Below are positions 1 through 11,759 of a stretch of DNA of 44,273 bases, one piece after another (the stretch's first letter is position 1; every line of letters begins with the position of its first letter). Below the pieces are notes generated by a model that was not told where the DNA came from, did no database searches, and saw only the letters and a program-made list of their open reading frames with translations. Origin of the DNA: Parvularia atlantis (Eukaryota). Location of the stretch: contig CALSCO010001739.1 of assembly GCA_943704415.1 (NCBI GenBank), forward strand, positions 1 to 44,273, written 5' to 3'. A program made the position numbers and the translations under genes.

Positions 1-680
1 GTGCCGTTGATGCGCAGGTGCAACTCGCCGGTCGCACGCGCCTGCGTCCAGGTCGGCTCGGGCACGACACACCGCACGATCATCAGCATCGCGTCGGTCT
101 TGCTCGCCGGCGTCAGGCTGTGATGGCCGTGAACCGTCACAATGCCGTCCGCGCGCTGCACGCTCGCCGGCGCGGCCTGCGCGAACGGCTCGGCCGCGAA
201 CGTGCACTCAACCTTCGGCGTGTTGTCCGGATTGCGCAGCCGCGCGTAGTGCACGAGGAACGCAATCGTCTCGTCGCCGGTGAACTCGGGCTGGCTCACG
301 AGGCGCGCCGGGTCGAGCGGCGCAGGGAACCGCGGCGCGGCGCTGTCGGCGTTTCGAACGGGTCGTAGCCAGAGCGTGCGGTCGCGCAGGATGTCGGCGG
401 GCTCGGCCGGCACCGCGGGTGCCTCGCCGGTCGCGAGCGTGGTCGCAGGCGTGGGCGCAGGCGGCGTGGACACATGAGACGCGTCTGCCGGCTTCAGCTT
501 TGGTTGTGCCGTCGCAGATCCGCCAGCGATAGGCGGCGCCGATGTCCCGGCCACGAGGACAGAGTCGGGCATGTAAGCACCGGCACGGCCACCGCCCGGC
601 GGGTCGCGCAGCGCGACCAGCGCGAGGCCCACGAGCGCCGCGGCCGCGCACAGCGCCACAAGGCGACGTGCGGCCGTCAT
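1..680 (-). CDS. Intronless type II membrane protein, possibly glycosylation-related; 3' end runs off the window
   Basis: ATG at 680 reads MTAARRLVALCAAAALVGLALVAL (signal anchor), then a Pro/Ala/Thr stem and a globular region. The frame is open to position 1 and no intron is evident. It is absent from the ORF track because its stop lies outside the window. Confidence 0.6.
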   Translation of the reverse strand, partial: MTAARRLVALCAAAALVGLALVALRDPPGGGRAGAYMPDSVLVAGTSAPPIAGGSATAQPKLKPADASHVSTPPAPTPATTLATGEAPAVPAEPADILRDRTLWLRPVRNADSAAPRFPAPLDPARLVSQPEFTGDETIAFLVHYARLRNPDNTPKVECTFAAEPFAQAAPASVQRADGIVTVHGHHSLTPASKTDAMLMIVRCVVPEPTWTQARATGELHLRING

Positions 681-709
681 GAAGGACAACTCGTTGTGCA
701 CACAGAGCG

Positions 710-3261
710 ATGGCGCTCGCGGCTGTCTCCGGGCGCGACGCGCCGTGGCTCGTCGGCCTCAAGGCGCAGCTGGCGGACCGCGACCGGCTGCAGACGCAGG
801 CCTTCGCGTCGCTGATCGCCTCCCGTGCGTCGCGGGCGGGCCGCGGGCGTGCGCGGCGCGGTGCGTGACACGGGCCGCAGAGAACGAGGCGTACCGCGCG
901 TTCAAGGCGCTCGAGGGCAAGGCCGCGTCGCTCGAGGCCGACAACCGAGCCCTGCGCGACAAGGTCGACGCGCTGCAGCGCGTCGTGGGCGTCGGCGGCA
1001 AAGGGTGCGCGCGGGCGCCGGCAGCCGCGCGCCGCTCACGTGACCGCGTCCAGCCCCATCGCCAACCCGAAGGAGGTCGAGGACCTGAAGGCGCAGCTGG
1101 CCGACTACAAGGAGCGGCTAATCGTGCGCGCGCGGGCGCGGCCGCCACAGCACGGCGTGGGTGCTCACGGCGCGTGCAGGAGGCGTTGCAGAAGGAGAAC
1201 GCGGCCAACAAGAAGCTGGCCGACCTGAGCGAGGTCCTGCGCAAGAAGGACGAGGAGCACAAGCGGCAGGAGGAGAAGTGTGCCGCCACCTCGTGCCCGA
1301 AGCGCAGCTGACACGCTCGCGTGCGTGCGTGCGCCGCGCGACAGGGAGCTCAAGCTGCACGACGACAACTTCAACCTCAGCCGGCAGCTCCTGGACGAGC
1401 GCGAGCTGTCGAAGAACAAGGACATCACCAACCAGGTCCTGCACGACGAGCTTCAGGCGCTGCAGCTTGAGCTGATCAACCGCAATGAGCGGCTGAACAA
1501 GGTGCGGGCGCCGGACGCGCGATGCGCGGACGCTGCATTGACCCGGCGCAAATGACGAAATGCAGCTCGAGGAAGAGAACAAGCAGCTGCTGACGCGCTG
1601 GCTGCACAAGATGAACGAGGAGGCGACCAAGGTCAACGAGGCCAACGCGTTCATCCAGGAGTGCGTCCGCGCGTGCATTGTGCGTGCGCGCGAGACCATG
1701 AACTGACCGCGCGCGCACACACAGGGCGATGCAGCCGAAGCCAGTGCCCATCACGGACGGCCCGGCGGTGTCGGAGGGCACGGACCCGCTGCTCGGGAGC
1801 GCACGGTGCGGTCGCGGGCGGCGGACACTGAGACCTGCGCTGAGCGTGCGCCTGCCAGCCTGCGGCCGGCCGTGGTCTTCATCCCGGCCATCGCCAAGCG
1901 CAAAATCACGGCGCACGAGGGCGAGATCAACTGCATCCAGGGTGCGCCTGGCGTGCCCTTGTCGCGCGCACACTGACTCGGCTTGCGCAAAACAGCCGCC
2001 AACGCCTCCAACCTGTTTGCGACGGGCAGCAGCGACAACAAGGTCAAGGTGTTTGACACGTCGGGTGCGTTGTCGCGGCACCGCCGCCGCGATGTCGCGA
2101 TGTCGCCCGCTGACGCCGCACGGCCGCTCAGGCGCTCTCAAGACCGTGCTGCGCGGCGCCACACAGAGCGTCATGTCGGTGCAGTTCAGCCGGGTGCGCT
2201 GCGGCCGTGTGCGCATGCCGTCCGCCGCGGCCAACGCGCGCTTTCTGCGCAGGCCGACGACATGATCTTGGCCGCGGGCAACGACAACACGACGCGGCTG
2301 TGGCACATCGAGAGTGCGCGATCGCGCGTGCGTGGGCGGCCACGGCGTGAGAGGCCCTCGAGCGTGACGCGCGCGCACGCCCCACCGCAGCTCACGTTCA
2401 CGGGTCACATTGGCAAGGTGTTCTCGGCCAAGTTCTCGCCCGACTCGACCAAGGTCATCTCGGGCAGCCACGACCGCACGATCAAGGTCTGGGATATGAA
2501 CCGGGGCTACTGTGCGTCTCGCGCGCACAGCGGCGACGCGCGCGCGCGCTGGCTGAGTTTGTTGTGCGCCGCAAGGCAACCGCACGATCTTCTCGTACTC
2601 GAGCTGCAACGACCTGTGCGTGTCGGACGAGGCCGGCAACAATATCATCAGCGGGCACCTGGACAACCACATCCGCTTCTGGGACAGCCGCTCCGGCGAC
2701 TGCGTGAAGGAGATCACGGGCGTGCACAGCCAGCAGATCACATCGCTGACGATCTCGCCGTGTGCGTCGCGCAGCGCTGTGCGTGCGTGCTCGCGCGTTG
2801 CTCATTGCTCGCCCCGTCGGTGCAGCCGGCAACGAGTTCCTCACCAACTCACGCGACAACACGCTCAAGCTGATCGACCAGCGCATGCTGCACGTGCTGC
2901 ACACGTACAGGTGCGCAGCGGCGTCGTGGCGGCCCAGCCCGACTAACGCGGCACCGCTCGACCAGCGCCGAGACGTACAAGACCGGCATGAACTGGGCCA
3001 AGTCGTCCTTCAGCCCCGACGGCGCGTACATCGTGGCCGGCAGCCAGGACGGGAGCATCTTCGTGTGGAACACGCAGACGACCAAGGTCGAGCGCGTGCT
3101 CAAGGGCCACAACGTCGCCGTGGCCGCCGTGTCGTGGAGCGCCAACGGCATGCAGATGTACAGCGCCGACAAGGACAAGACGGTGATCATCTGGGAGGTG
3201 TGCATGGTGGGCGCGCGCGGGTGTTCTTCTCGCTGACGTGCACACCGTGCAGGCCGACTGA
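710..3261 (+). CDS. ATG16L1: Autophagy protein ATG16L (N-terminal ATG5-binding helix, coiled coil, C-terminal WD40 propeller), about 15 introns
   Basis: Spliced exons give PWLVGLKAQLADRDRLQ, the coiled coil LHDELQALQLEL...LEEENKQLLTRWLHKMNEEATKVNEAN, and WD40 repeats GSHDRTIKVWD, SGHLDNHIRFWD, FSPDGAYIVAGSQDG. The last exon ends AD-TGA at 3259-3261. Confidence 0.92.
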
Positions 3262-3348
3262 TGAGTGTTCACGTGCACGAAAAAGTGTGCGTGATGCGTG
3301 CGCAACAAACAAAAAACACATTTTGGCCACGAGCGAGTATGTGCAAAG

Positions 3349-4677
3349 TTAGTTCTTGGCTGCCGCGCCCTTGGCTGCCGTGGGCGGCTTGCTCGCGGTA
3401 GGCGGCCTGGCATCGCCGTCGGTGCGCTTGGCGTCCCCGCTACCCGCGCTCGCGACCTGATGCCGCTCGGTCGTGAGCACGTAGAGGTAGTACGGGTCGA
3501 ACGGGCGCATGTGACGGGTTGTCTTGGCCGGGCTGGCCATCGGCGGGAACCCGGACGCGTCGATGCAGCCAAATTCGACGCAGGTCACGCACACGCGTCC
3601 GCCGTGCGCCAGGAGCGAGTTGGCCACGGTGCGAAACTCGAGGCCCTGCTTCGAGCCGGACCCCTTGATCCGGTAAAAGTGCTGCGAGCGCGCGACCATA
3701 TTCTCGAGCACACCCGCGACCCACTTGAAGTGGAACACGGGCAGGTTGTTGATGCCGCGGGCAAAGTAGTTGCGCTCGTCGTTGTCGTGCAGCGCGTGCC
3801 AGCCGCCGTTGCCGACGTACATGTGCCCGCGGTGCGCCGCGATCTTGTTCAGGTTGCCGTGCGTGTGGTTCTGCAGGGCCTTGGTCGCGGCGCAGACGAG
3901 CGGGAAGGCCGACCAGATGTCCATGTCGAGCGAGAGCGGGAGCAGTTGGCCGTCGGCCGCCACGCGGTCGCGGAACTCGCCGCGCACATACGAGATCTGG
4001 TAGCGCGAGCACTCGGTCAGGAACGAGACGTAGTCGTGCCCGGGCGGGAGCCCGTGGAACTCGTCGATGTCGACGTGCACGATCCAGTCGAGGTCGTCCG
4101 CGCCCAAGTGCCGCTTCGCCTCCTCGTAGATCACCAGCTTCATGTCGGTCTCGAACGGGCGGCGCCACCAGCTGAAGGTGACAGCGGCGGGCAGCTCGGC
4201 GATCTGCGCGGCGCACTGGGCCTCGTAGCGGTCGCGGCCGGGCGCGGCGTGCATGGTCACGTGCATGCGCTCCCAGGGGATGCCGAGGCCGTGGTAGTAG
4301 TGCGCCTGGTGCCAGCCGAGCTCGGGCGGCTCGTTGCAGTCCCACGTGGTGAAGAAGAAGATGCGCAGGGGCTCGCGCGGCGGGACGTGTCGCAAGCCGC
4401 CCGGCGGCACGGCGATCCGCAAGAGATCGGGCTTGGGCGGATTGTACGGACGCACGCCCGGCGGCAGCGTGTACGTGAGCACGAGCTCGCGTGGGCGTGC
4501 GGGCGCGACGTCGATCTCGGTCCGCTCGGTCGGCGCCACATAGCCCACCGCGAAGCGCTCCAGCGCCGGCTGCTCAGGCGCGTCCGTGTCCGGCTGCGTG
4601 CGCAGGCGGTCCACGGCCAGCAGGCCCATGGCCAGCAGCACCGAGGCGAGGATGGCCCGCGCGGCTCGATTGCGCAT
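3349..4677 (-). CDS. Intronless type II membrane GT-A fold glycosyltransferase-like protein (GT2/GT92-like)
   Basis: Single long ORF with an N-terminal signal anchor (MRNRAARAILASVLLAMGLLAV), a DxD motif in DWIVHVDIDEFH, and a downstream VFHFKW motif. Confidence 0.75.
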   Translation of the reverse strand: MRNRAARAILASVLLAMGLLAVDRLRTQPDTDAPEQPALERFAVGYVAPTERTEIDVAPARPRELVLTYTLPPGVRPYNPPKPDLLRIAVPPGGLRHVPPREPLRIFFFTTWDCNEPPELGWHQAHYYHGLGIPWERMHVTMHAAPGRDRYEAQCAAQIAELPAAVTFSWWRRPFETDMKLVIYEEAKRHLGADDLDWIVHVDIDEFHGLPPGHDYVSFLTECSRYQISYVRGEFRDRVAADGQLLPLSLDMDIWSAFPLVCAATKALQNHTHGNLNKIAAHRGHMYVGNGGWHALHDNDERNYFARGINNLPVFHFKWVAGVLENMVARSQHFYRIKGSGSKQGLEFRTVANSLLAHGGRVCVTCVEFGCIDASGFPPMASPAKTTRHMRPFDPYYLYVLTTERHQVASAGSGDAKRTDGDARPPTASKPPTAAKGAAAKN

Positions 4678-4736
4678 CGTGCTCGGCCGCGTTTGCATCC
4701 GGCCGCGACAAGCCGCCGGCACACGCAATTCCCAGC

Positions 4737-6667
4737 ATGGCGGCGACCGCAGAGGCCATCGCTGCGGCGCTCGTGGGCGCGCTGCACGACTCGCGCAAGG
4801 CGCGCGAGGGCGGTGCGGCCGGCGGCGGAAGTGACGACGAGGCGGCCGTGCACGAGCGCGCGCTGGCCGCAGCCAGAACCGCCGTGGCCGCGTTCGTGCA
4901 GGAGAACACGAAGAAGGGCGTGACGCCGTGGGAGGTGACCGAGGTCGACTACGACAAGCTCATCCGCGACTTTGGCTGCTCGGCCATCGAGCCCGCGCTC
5001 ATCGAGCGCCTCGAGCGCCTCACCGGGCGCCGCGCGCATCCGCTGCTCCGGCGCAACGTCTTCTTCTCGCACCGGTCCGCTCGCGCGCGCGCGCCACGTG
5101 GCTCGCAGCCTTACGCAACACACCACGCGCGCGCGCCGACAGCGAGCTGACGACGATCCTCGACCGCTTCGAGCAGAAGAAGCCGTTCTACCTGTACACG
5201 GGGCGTGGGCCGTCGAGCGAGAGCATGCACATCGGGCACATGATCCCGTTCCTGTTCTGCAAGTGCGCGGAGGACCCGATCGCTGGCTGCGCTCACACAC
5301 CCCGCGCGCAGGTACCTGCAGGACGTCTTTGACGTGCCGCTCGTGATCCAGCTGACGGACGACGAGAAGTTCCTGTGGAAAGACCTCTCGCTCGACCAGT
5401 GCCACCGCTACGCGATGGACAACGCCAAGGACATCATCGCCATCGGCTTCGACGTCAACAAGACGTTCATCTTCTCCGACCTGGACTACATCGGGTGCGT
5501 GTACTGCTCACGGTGAAGTGCACGCCGGCGGGCGCGTGACGTGTGTGCCGCGCAGCCACATGTACCCGACGATCGTGCAGATCGAGAAGATGGTCACGTT
5601 CTCGAGCGCGCGCGCCATCTTCGGCTTCACGAACGAGTGCGCCGCCTGGCGAGCGCGTGCTCGTCGCACTCAACCCGGGTGCGTCGCAGGGATGCCATCG
5701 GGAAGATTTCGTTCCCCGCGATCCAGGCCGCGCCGGCCTTCCCGACCGCGTTCCCGCACATCTTCGGGACGCGCAAGGACATCCCGTGCCTGATCCCGTG
5801 TGCGATCGACCAGGTGCGGCCCCGCGCAGCAGGCGGCCAGCGAGCGTCATCTTAATGCGCCTGTGCGCGCGCGCACAGGACCCGTACTTCCGCATGACGC
5901 GCGACGTTGCGCCGCGGCTCAAGATGCCCAAGCCGTGCCTGATCCACTCCAAGTTTATCCCGGCGCTGCAGGTGCGCGCGGCGGGTGGGCGACCACAGAT
6001 GCGCTGACCCGTCACATCGGCTTAGGGCCACAACACCAAGATGAGCGCGTCCGACGCCAACTCGGCCATCTTCCTGACCGACACGCCGGACCAGATCAAG
6101 AAGAAGGCGCGCATGGGCGACGCGCGCACCCCTCGCGGTCGCCTGACTGGCCGCGCGCGCAGATCAACAAGTACGCCTTCTCGGGCGGGCAGGACACGCT
6201 GGAGAAGCACCGCGAGCTCGGCGGCAACCCGACGGTTGACATCCCATTCCAGTACATGAGCTTCTTCCTCGAGGACGATGCCGAACTGCAGCAGATCCAC
6301 GACGTGCGTGCGGCCGTGCAGCCCAGCGAGCGCGGCCTGACGCGCGGCGCATGCGCGCGCGGGCCGCAGGACTACCGCAGCGGCAAGATGCTCACGGGCG
6401 AGATCAAGCAGAAGTGCATCTCGGTGCTGCAGCCGATCGTCGCCGACTTCCAGAAGGTGCGCAGGCTGCGCGTGCGACCAGTGCGCGTGCGACCTGTGCG
6501 CAGGAGACTGACGGGTGCGGCCGTAGCGGCGTGCCACCATCACCGACGAGGTCGTGCGCGAATTTATGCGTGTGCGCCCGATGGCCTTTCAGGCTGGGCC
6601 CACGCCGAGCACCGCGTCCACCCCGAGCGCCGCGTCCACCCCGAGCGCCGCGCCCAGCACAGCATAG
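4737..6667 (+). CDS. WARS1: Cytosolic tryptophanyl-tRNA synthetase, about 10 introns
   Basis: VTPWEV...[25 protein letters not shown] (HIGH motif), [41 protein letters not shown] at 6665-6667. Confidence 0.97.
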
Positions 6668-6705
6668 CTTTTGTTTTTGGTTCTTCGCGCTTTCTTCTGG
6701 AGGCC

Positions 6706-8005
6706 TCAGCACAAGGCACTGTGGTTGCTGTCGGCGAGCACCTTGCGCACCGCGTCTGCCTCGCAGTAGTACCCGACCGGCTCGAGCGCCTGCCAGAGCG
6801 CGAGCGCTATTGGCCCACGTCGTCAGGCGCTTGCCCGCGGCGATGACAGTGCACGCACCGCGATCGGCCGTCCACCCTGCATTGGCCATGGCCGTGCGTA
6901 GTACAGTCACGTACATGCGGATGAGCTGCAGCGCGACGCTGCGCAGCCCGCGCGCCGTGTGCACGCTCGAACGCAGCGGCTCGGGCGCGTCGGCCAGCAC
7001 CGCCGCGGCAGACGACAACAGCGCCGTGAAGCAGCGCTCGTGCAGCCAGTACAGGAGCTCGGCTGCGTACATGACCGCGAGCAGCGACGTTGAGCTGTTG
7101 AAGCCTGGCAAGGCGTCGAGCGGTGAGCGACGCCACTGCACAGCGCTGTTGTGTGCCTTTAGCCTGCAGGCTCTTCGAGTCGTAGTCGGCGGACCCGACC
7201 GGCTCAAGCATGGTCAGCCCGAGCGGACCCGCGGCGTCGGCGTCGTCGTCCCCGGGCGCCGGCAGCGGCAGCACAAACGTCCCGCTGAGCGCGAGCATCG
7301 TGTGCAGCGCTTCCACGCCGCGCCACAGATCCTGGCGTCCGCATGAGCGCGCGGTTGTCCCTGTGTGCAGCGCAACGTACCGCGTGCGGCATCTCGTGCA
7401 GGTGCCGCCGCCGGTCGAGCACGCTCGCAAACATGAAGTGCAGCGCACCGCGCCGCCAGTACACCGCCTCGACCTGCTCGGCCTCATACACGCGCAGCAG
7501 CAGCGCCCGCTCGTTGTCGCCGTGCGCCTCCTCGACCGCCGCGGCCATCCGTGCAGGCTCGTGCGTGTAGTCCACCAGGCGCGCAAAGTCCTCCCAGCCG
7601 GCCTGGGCGTGCGCGCCCTCCTGCCCGAGCACGCGCGTCTCCTCGACAAACGTCACGTCCATGAAGGCCTGCACGCCCGCGCGGGTCAGGCGCGCGGGGC
7701 ACGATCGGGCGCGCCCGCACCGTCATCCACGCGCGCCAGTACGAGCGCCGCAGCGTCGCGGCATCGTCCAGCGGCCGTGGCGCGGCGTCGGGCGCGGGCG
7801 GCGGCCGCATCGCCTGCGCGATCTGCTCGAGCGCGGCGCCGCCGTCGCCGTCGTCGCGCGGGACGGCCGTGCGCGCTGCGACGGCGTCCAGGACGCGCAT
7901 CGCCCGCTGCGCCGCCTCGTCGAGCTCCTTGACCGGCGCGGCGTGGTGCGCGCGCTCGGCGGTGGCGAGCAGCAGCACGCGTTCGAGCGCCGCTGTGACA
8001 GACAT
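6706..8005 (-). CDS. RIMOC1: RIMOC1/C5orf51-like protein (RAB7-MON1-CCZ1 associated), 4 introns
   Basis: AFMDVTFVEE, VYWRRGALHFM, GFNSSTSLLAVMYAAELLYW and YVTVLR...GWTADRA match the recalled C5orf51 motifs LDITYFEE, LYWRRGALLYM and HLLAMMYSGEMCYW in the same order. Confidence 0.75.
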
Positions 8006-8014
8006 CAGATTGCG

Positions 8015-8715
8015 ATGGAACTCCTCGCGCCATCCGAGGCGTCGTGCCTCACGCTCGCCCGGCCGGCGTCGCTGTGGGGCGTGCCGCTCGCGGGCGTGTT
8101 TGCGGCGCTCGCCGCGGCCTCGCTCGTGTACGTCTGGGTCGGCCCGGTCTTCAACGCGGTGCAGGTGCGCTTCAGCGCGATGCGCGCAGGGCGGCGCTCA
8201 CAGCGCACGGCGGGCAGTTCCTCGGCCTGCTCTACGTCGCCCTGTGCATGCTCGACGAGCGCGAGACGGTCGAAGTCGACCGGACGCAGCGCGAGATCCG
8301 CCTGCGGCGCACGATGCTCGGCGTGCCGGTCGCGACCGTCGCGCTGCGGCTGGACGACGTCGACGGCTTTGACGAGCAGGTCGAGAAGTCGGGCTCGGGC
8401 CTGAAGCGGTGCGCCGCGCAGGGCGGGAAGCGAGCGGAGGGTGGGGCCGATGGCCTGACCGAGAGTGGCGCGCGCAGCTACCGCATGGCGGCGCTGCTCG
8501 GCACGGGCGCGACCGTCCCGCTCACGGCGAGCTTCGTGTACACGTCGGTGCAGCCGCACCTTGCCGCCGTGCGCGAGTTTGTGGGCATGCCGAGCGGTGG
8601 CCTGGCGGACGAGTTTGGGGCGCTGCCGGACGAGGACGACCACGCCGGCGATGCGCCCACCGCTGCGGCAGGCGATGCCGCGGGGGGCGCGCGACGGCGG
8701 CGGCGCGACGACTGA
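8015..8715 (+). CDS. CYBC1: CYBC1/EROS (C17orf62)-like two-TM protein, 2 introns
   Basis: LTLARPASLWG, a TM hairpin, LYVALCMLDERETVEVDR, VALRLDDV and YRMAALLGTGATVPLT are collinear with recalled human EROS motifs LHLKRAPGIRSW, LFVAVQNLEDWEEAIFDK, VLLHDV and YMVVLRLATGFSHPLT. Confidence 0.7.
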
Positions 8716-8884
8716 GAGCTGCAGTGTGCAAAGCCGTGCGAACTCAAAACGCCAGCACGAGTGGCCATCCATCAGTCGCCACCGGAGGCGCGTGACCACT
8801 TCCTCCTTCCTCCTTCTGGCTCGTCCTTCCGGCCGACCGCGCCCTCGCTCCCGCCTTCGCCACCGCCCCACCGCCCCCAAGAAG

Positions 8885-9546
8885 ATGTCGCCCTTCAACG
8901 GCTCGTACGTGCTCGACTCGGCCAAGTCGGGCCCGGTCGACAAGCTGCTGGCCGCGCAGGTGCGGACCGCCTCTGCCTTTCCGGCGCGTGCTTGTCCTCG
9001 CTCACACGCCGTGCGCTGGCGCCGGCGCAGGGTGTGGGCTGGATCCAGCGCAACATCGCCGCGTCGCTGTCGCAGACGATCACGCTCACGATCAACGGCG
9101 ACAAGCTCACGCTCAAGTGCACCCTCCGCTCGCGCGCGCGCGCGTTGCGCTTATTGCGCTCGCCGCCTCTCTTCAGGCAGGAGACTTCGCTCAAGAACAA
9201 CGAGATCACGCTCACCCTCGGCGGCGAGCCCGAGACGTTTACGGACGACATGGCTGGCGGCCAGGCCAAGCGCAGCGCGCGGCTCGAGGGCGACCAGCTG
9301 ATCCAGGTGCGCGCTTGTTCTATTTTCAGGCCCGCCTCTGACCCTTCCCAAGGTCATTGAGAGCGCCGTCGGCGTGACAACGATCACGCGCACGCTCGAG
9401 AGTGACGGCAAGGTGCGGATCGGGGGGGGGCGCGCGCGCACGCAGTGCGTGGCTCACGCCGACGATAGGTCCTCAAGGCCGCCATCACCTTCGTGCCGAA
9501 GAGCGGCGAGACGATCTCGGTCGTCCGCTACTTCAACCGCAAGTGA
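8885..9546 (+). CDS. Intracellular lipid/fatty-acid-binding protein (FABP/iLBP-like), 4 introns
   Basis: Spliced product of about 140 aa: [10 protein letters not shown]...[14 protein letters not shown]...[35 protein letters not shown]...LEGDQLIQ...TTITRTL...VVRYFNRK. This follows the iLBP pattern. Confidence 0.85.
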
Positions 9547-9879
9547 GCGCCCGTCGCATGCGCCGTCACCCACCCCGTTCTGTGTCCCGCGGGCCTCTGT
9601 GTGTCGAGGTCGATCGCATGCTCCGTCTGGCCGTGAGCACACAAACGTACAAGCGCGGCGAGCCGTGTCAAAGAGGCAGAGAGAGAGGTCAAGGGAAGCG
9701 AGGAGACAGACGACAGGGCGTCGTTTTTTGGTGACGGGGTGTCATGCAAAAAGACGCAGAGGGGGAGAACGGAGAAGGGGACTATGTGTGGGGGAGGCCG
9801 GCATCGTCGCCGCGCAGCCGCACACCGAGCGCGCCAGGCCCCCTCCTTGCCGATGCTATCAATTGTTACGCCCGCGCGC

Positions 9880-11345
<1,466 letters not shown>

Positions 11346-11531
11346 GGCTGCGGCGCGCGCGCGGGGGGCTGGCCTCGGGCGCTGCGGCGCGCGCGCGTGG
11401 TTGAGTGTGGGCGCTTTGGCACGGCGGAAGGCGATGGAACGGATGCGAAGCGTCGAGCGTCGAGAAGGGTATCTGCGGCGTAGACGCACTGAACTGAACC
11501 GTAGAGACCTTTTCGCGCTTTATGAAGCAAA

Positions 11532-11714
11532 TGTCATCTCTCGTCATCGTCTTACCTCACCCGCTTACCTCAGCCATCTCGGCCTACGTCAGCCCCGACC
11601 CCGCTTACCTCAGCCATCTCGGCCTACGTCAGCCACCGCCCGGTCCCCTCTTAAACCGTGCCCCACCCCCTGTGTTGTGTGTCTTTCGTCGCTTACGAAC
11701 CACGAAGTCTTACA
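11532..11714. mobile_element. Possible LTR-like remnant
   Basis: TGT...ACA termini (tgtcatc / cttaca), internal direct repeats, an AT-rich ttaaa element and lower GC than the flanks. No target-site duplication or convincing primer-binding site. Confidence 0.25.
11551..11634 (+). repeat. Tandem direct repeat (about 40-nt period) plus a partial third copy
   Basis: cccgcttacctcagccatctcggcctacgtcagcc occurs twice (about 11560 and 11600), preceded by cttacctca at 11551. Confidence 0.9.
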
Positions 11715-11759
11715 CCGCCGTGCTCGTGTGGGACCCCGACCGGCACTCACGGTGGCCCA

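Noticed and set aside
3298..4923. Long antisense ORFs (e.g. the 541-aa ORF here, also 23964..25238 and 15480..16841)
   Set aside because: Shadow ORFs opposite real genes; stop codons are rare at this GC content and the products are Arg/Ala-rich without motifs.
6604..6655. 18-bp tandem repeat at the WARS 3' end (also short repeats in PP2A and GPAT introns at about 10795-10818 and 27931-27972)
   Set aside because: Ordinary slippage repeats that encode a low-complexity tail or fill introns.
11551..11634. CRISPR-like repeat array
   Set aside because: Only two full copies with a 5-nt gap, no unique spacers, no cas genes, and a eukaryotic context.
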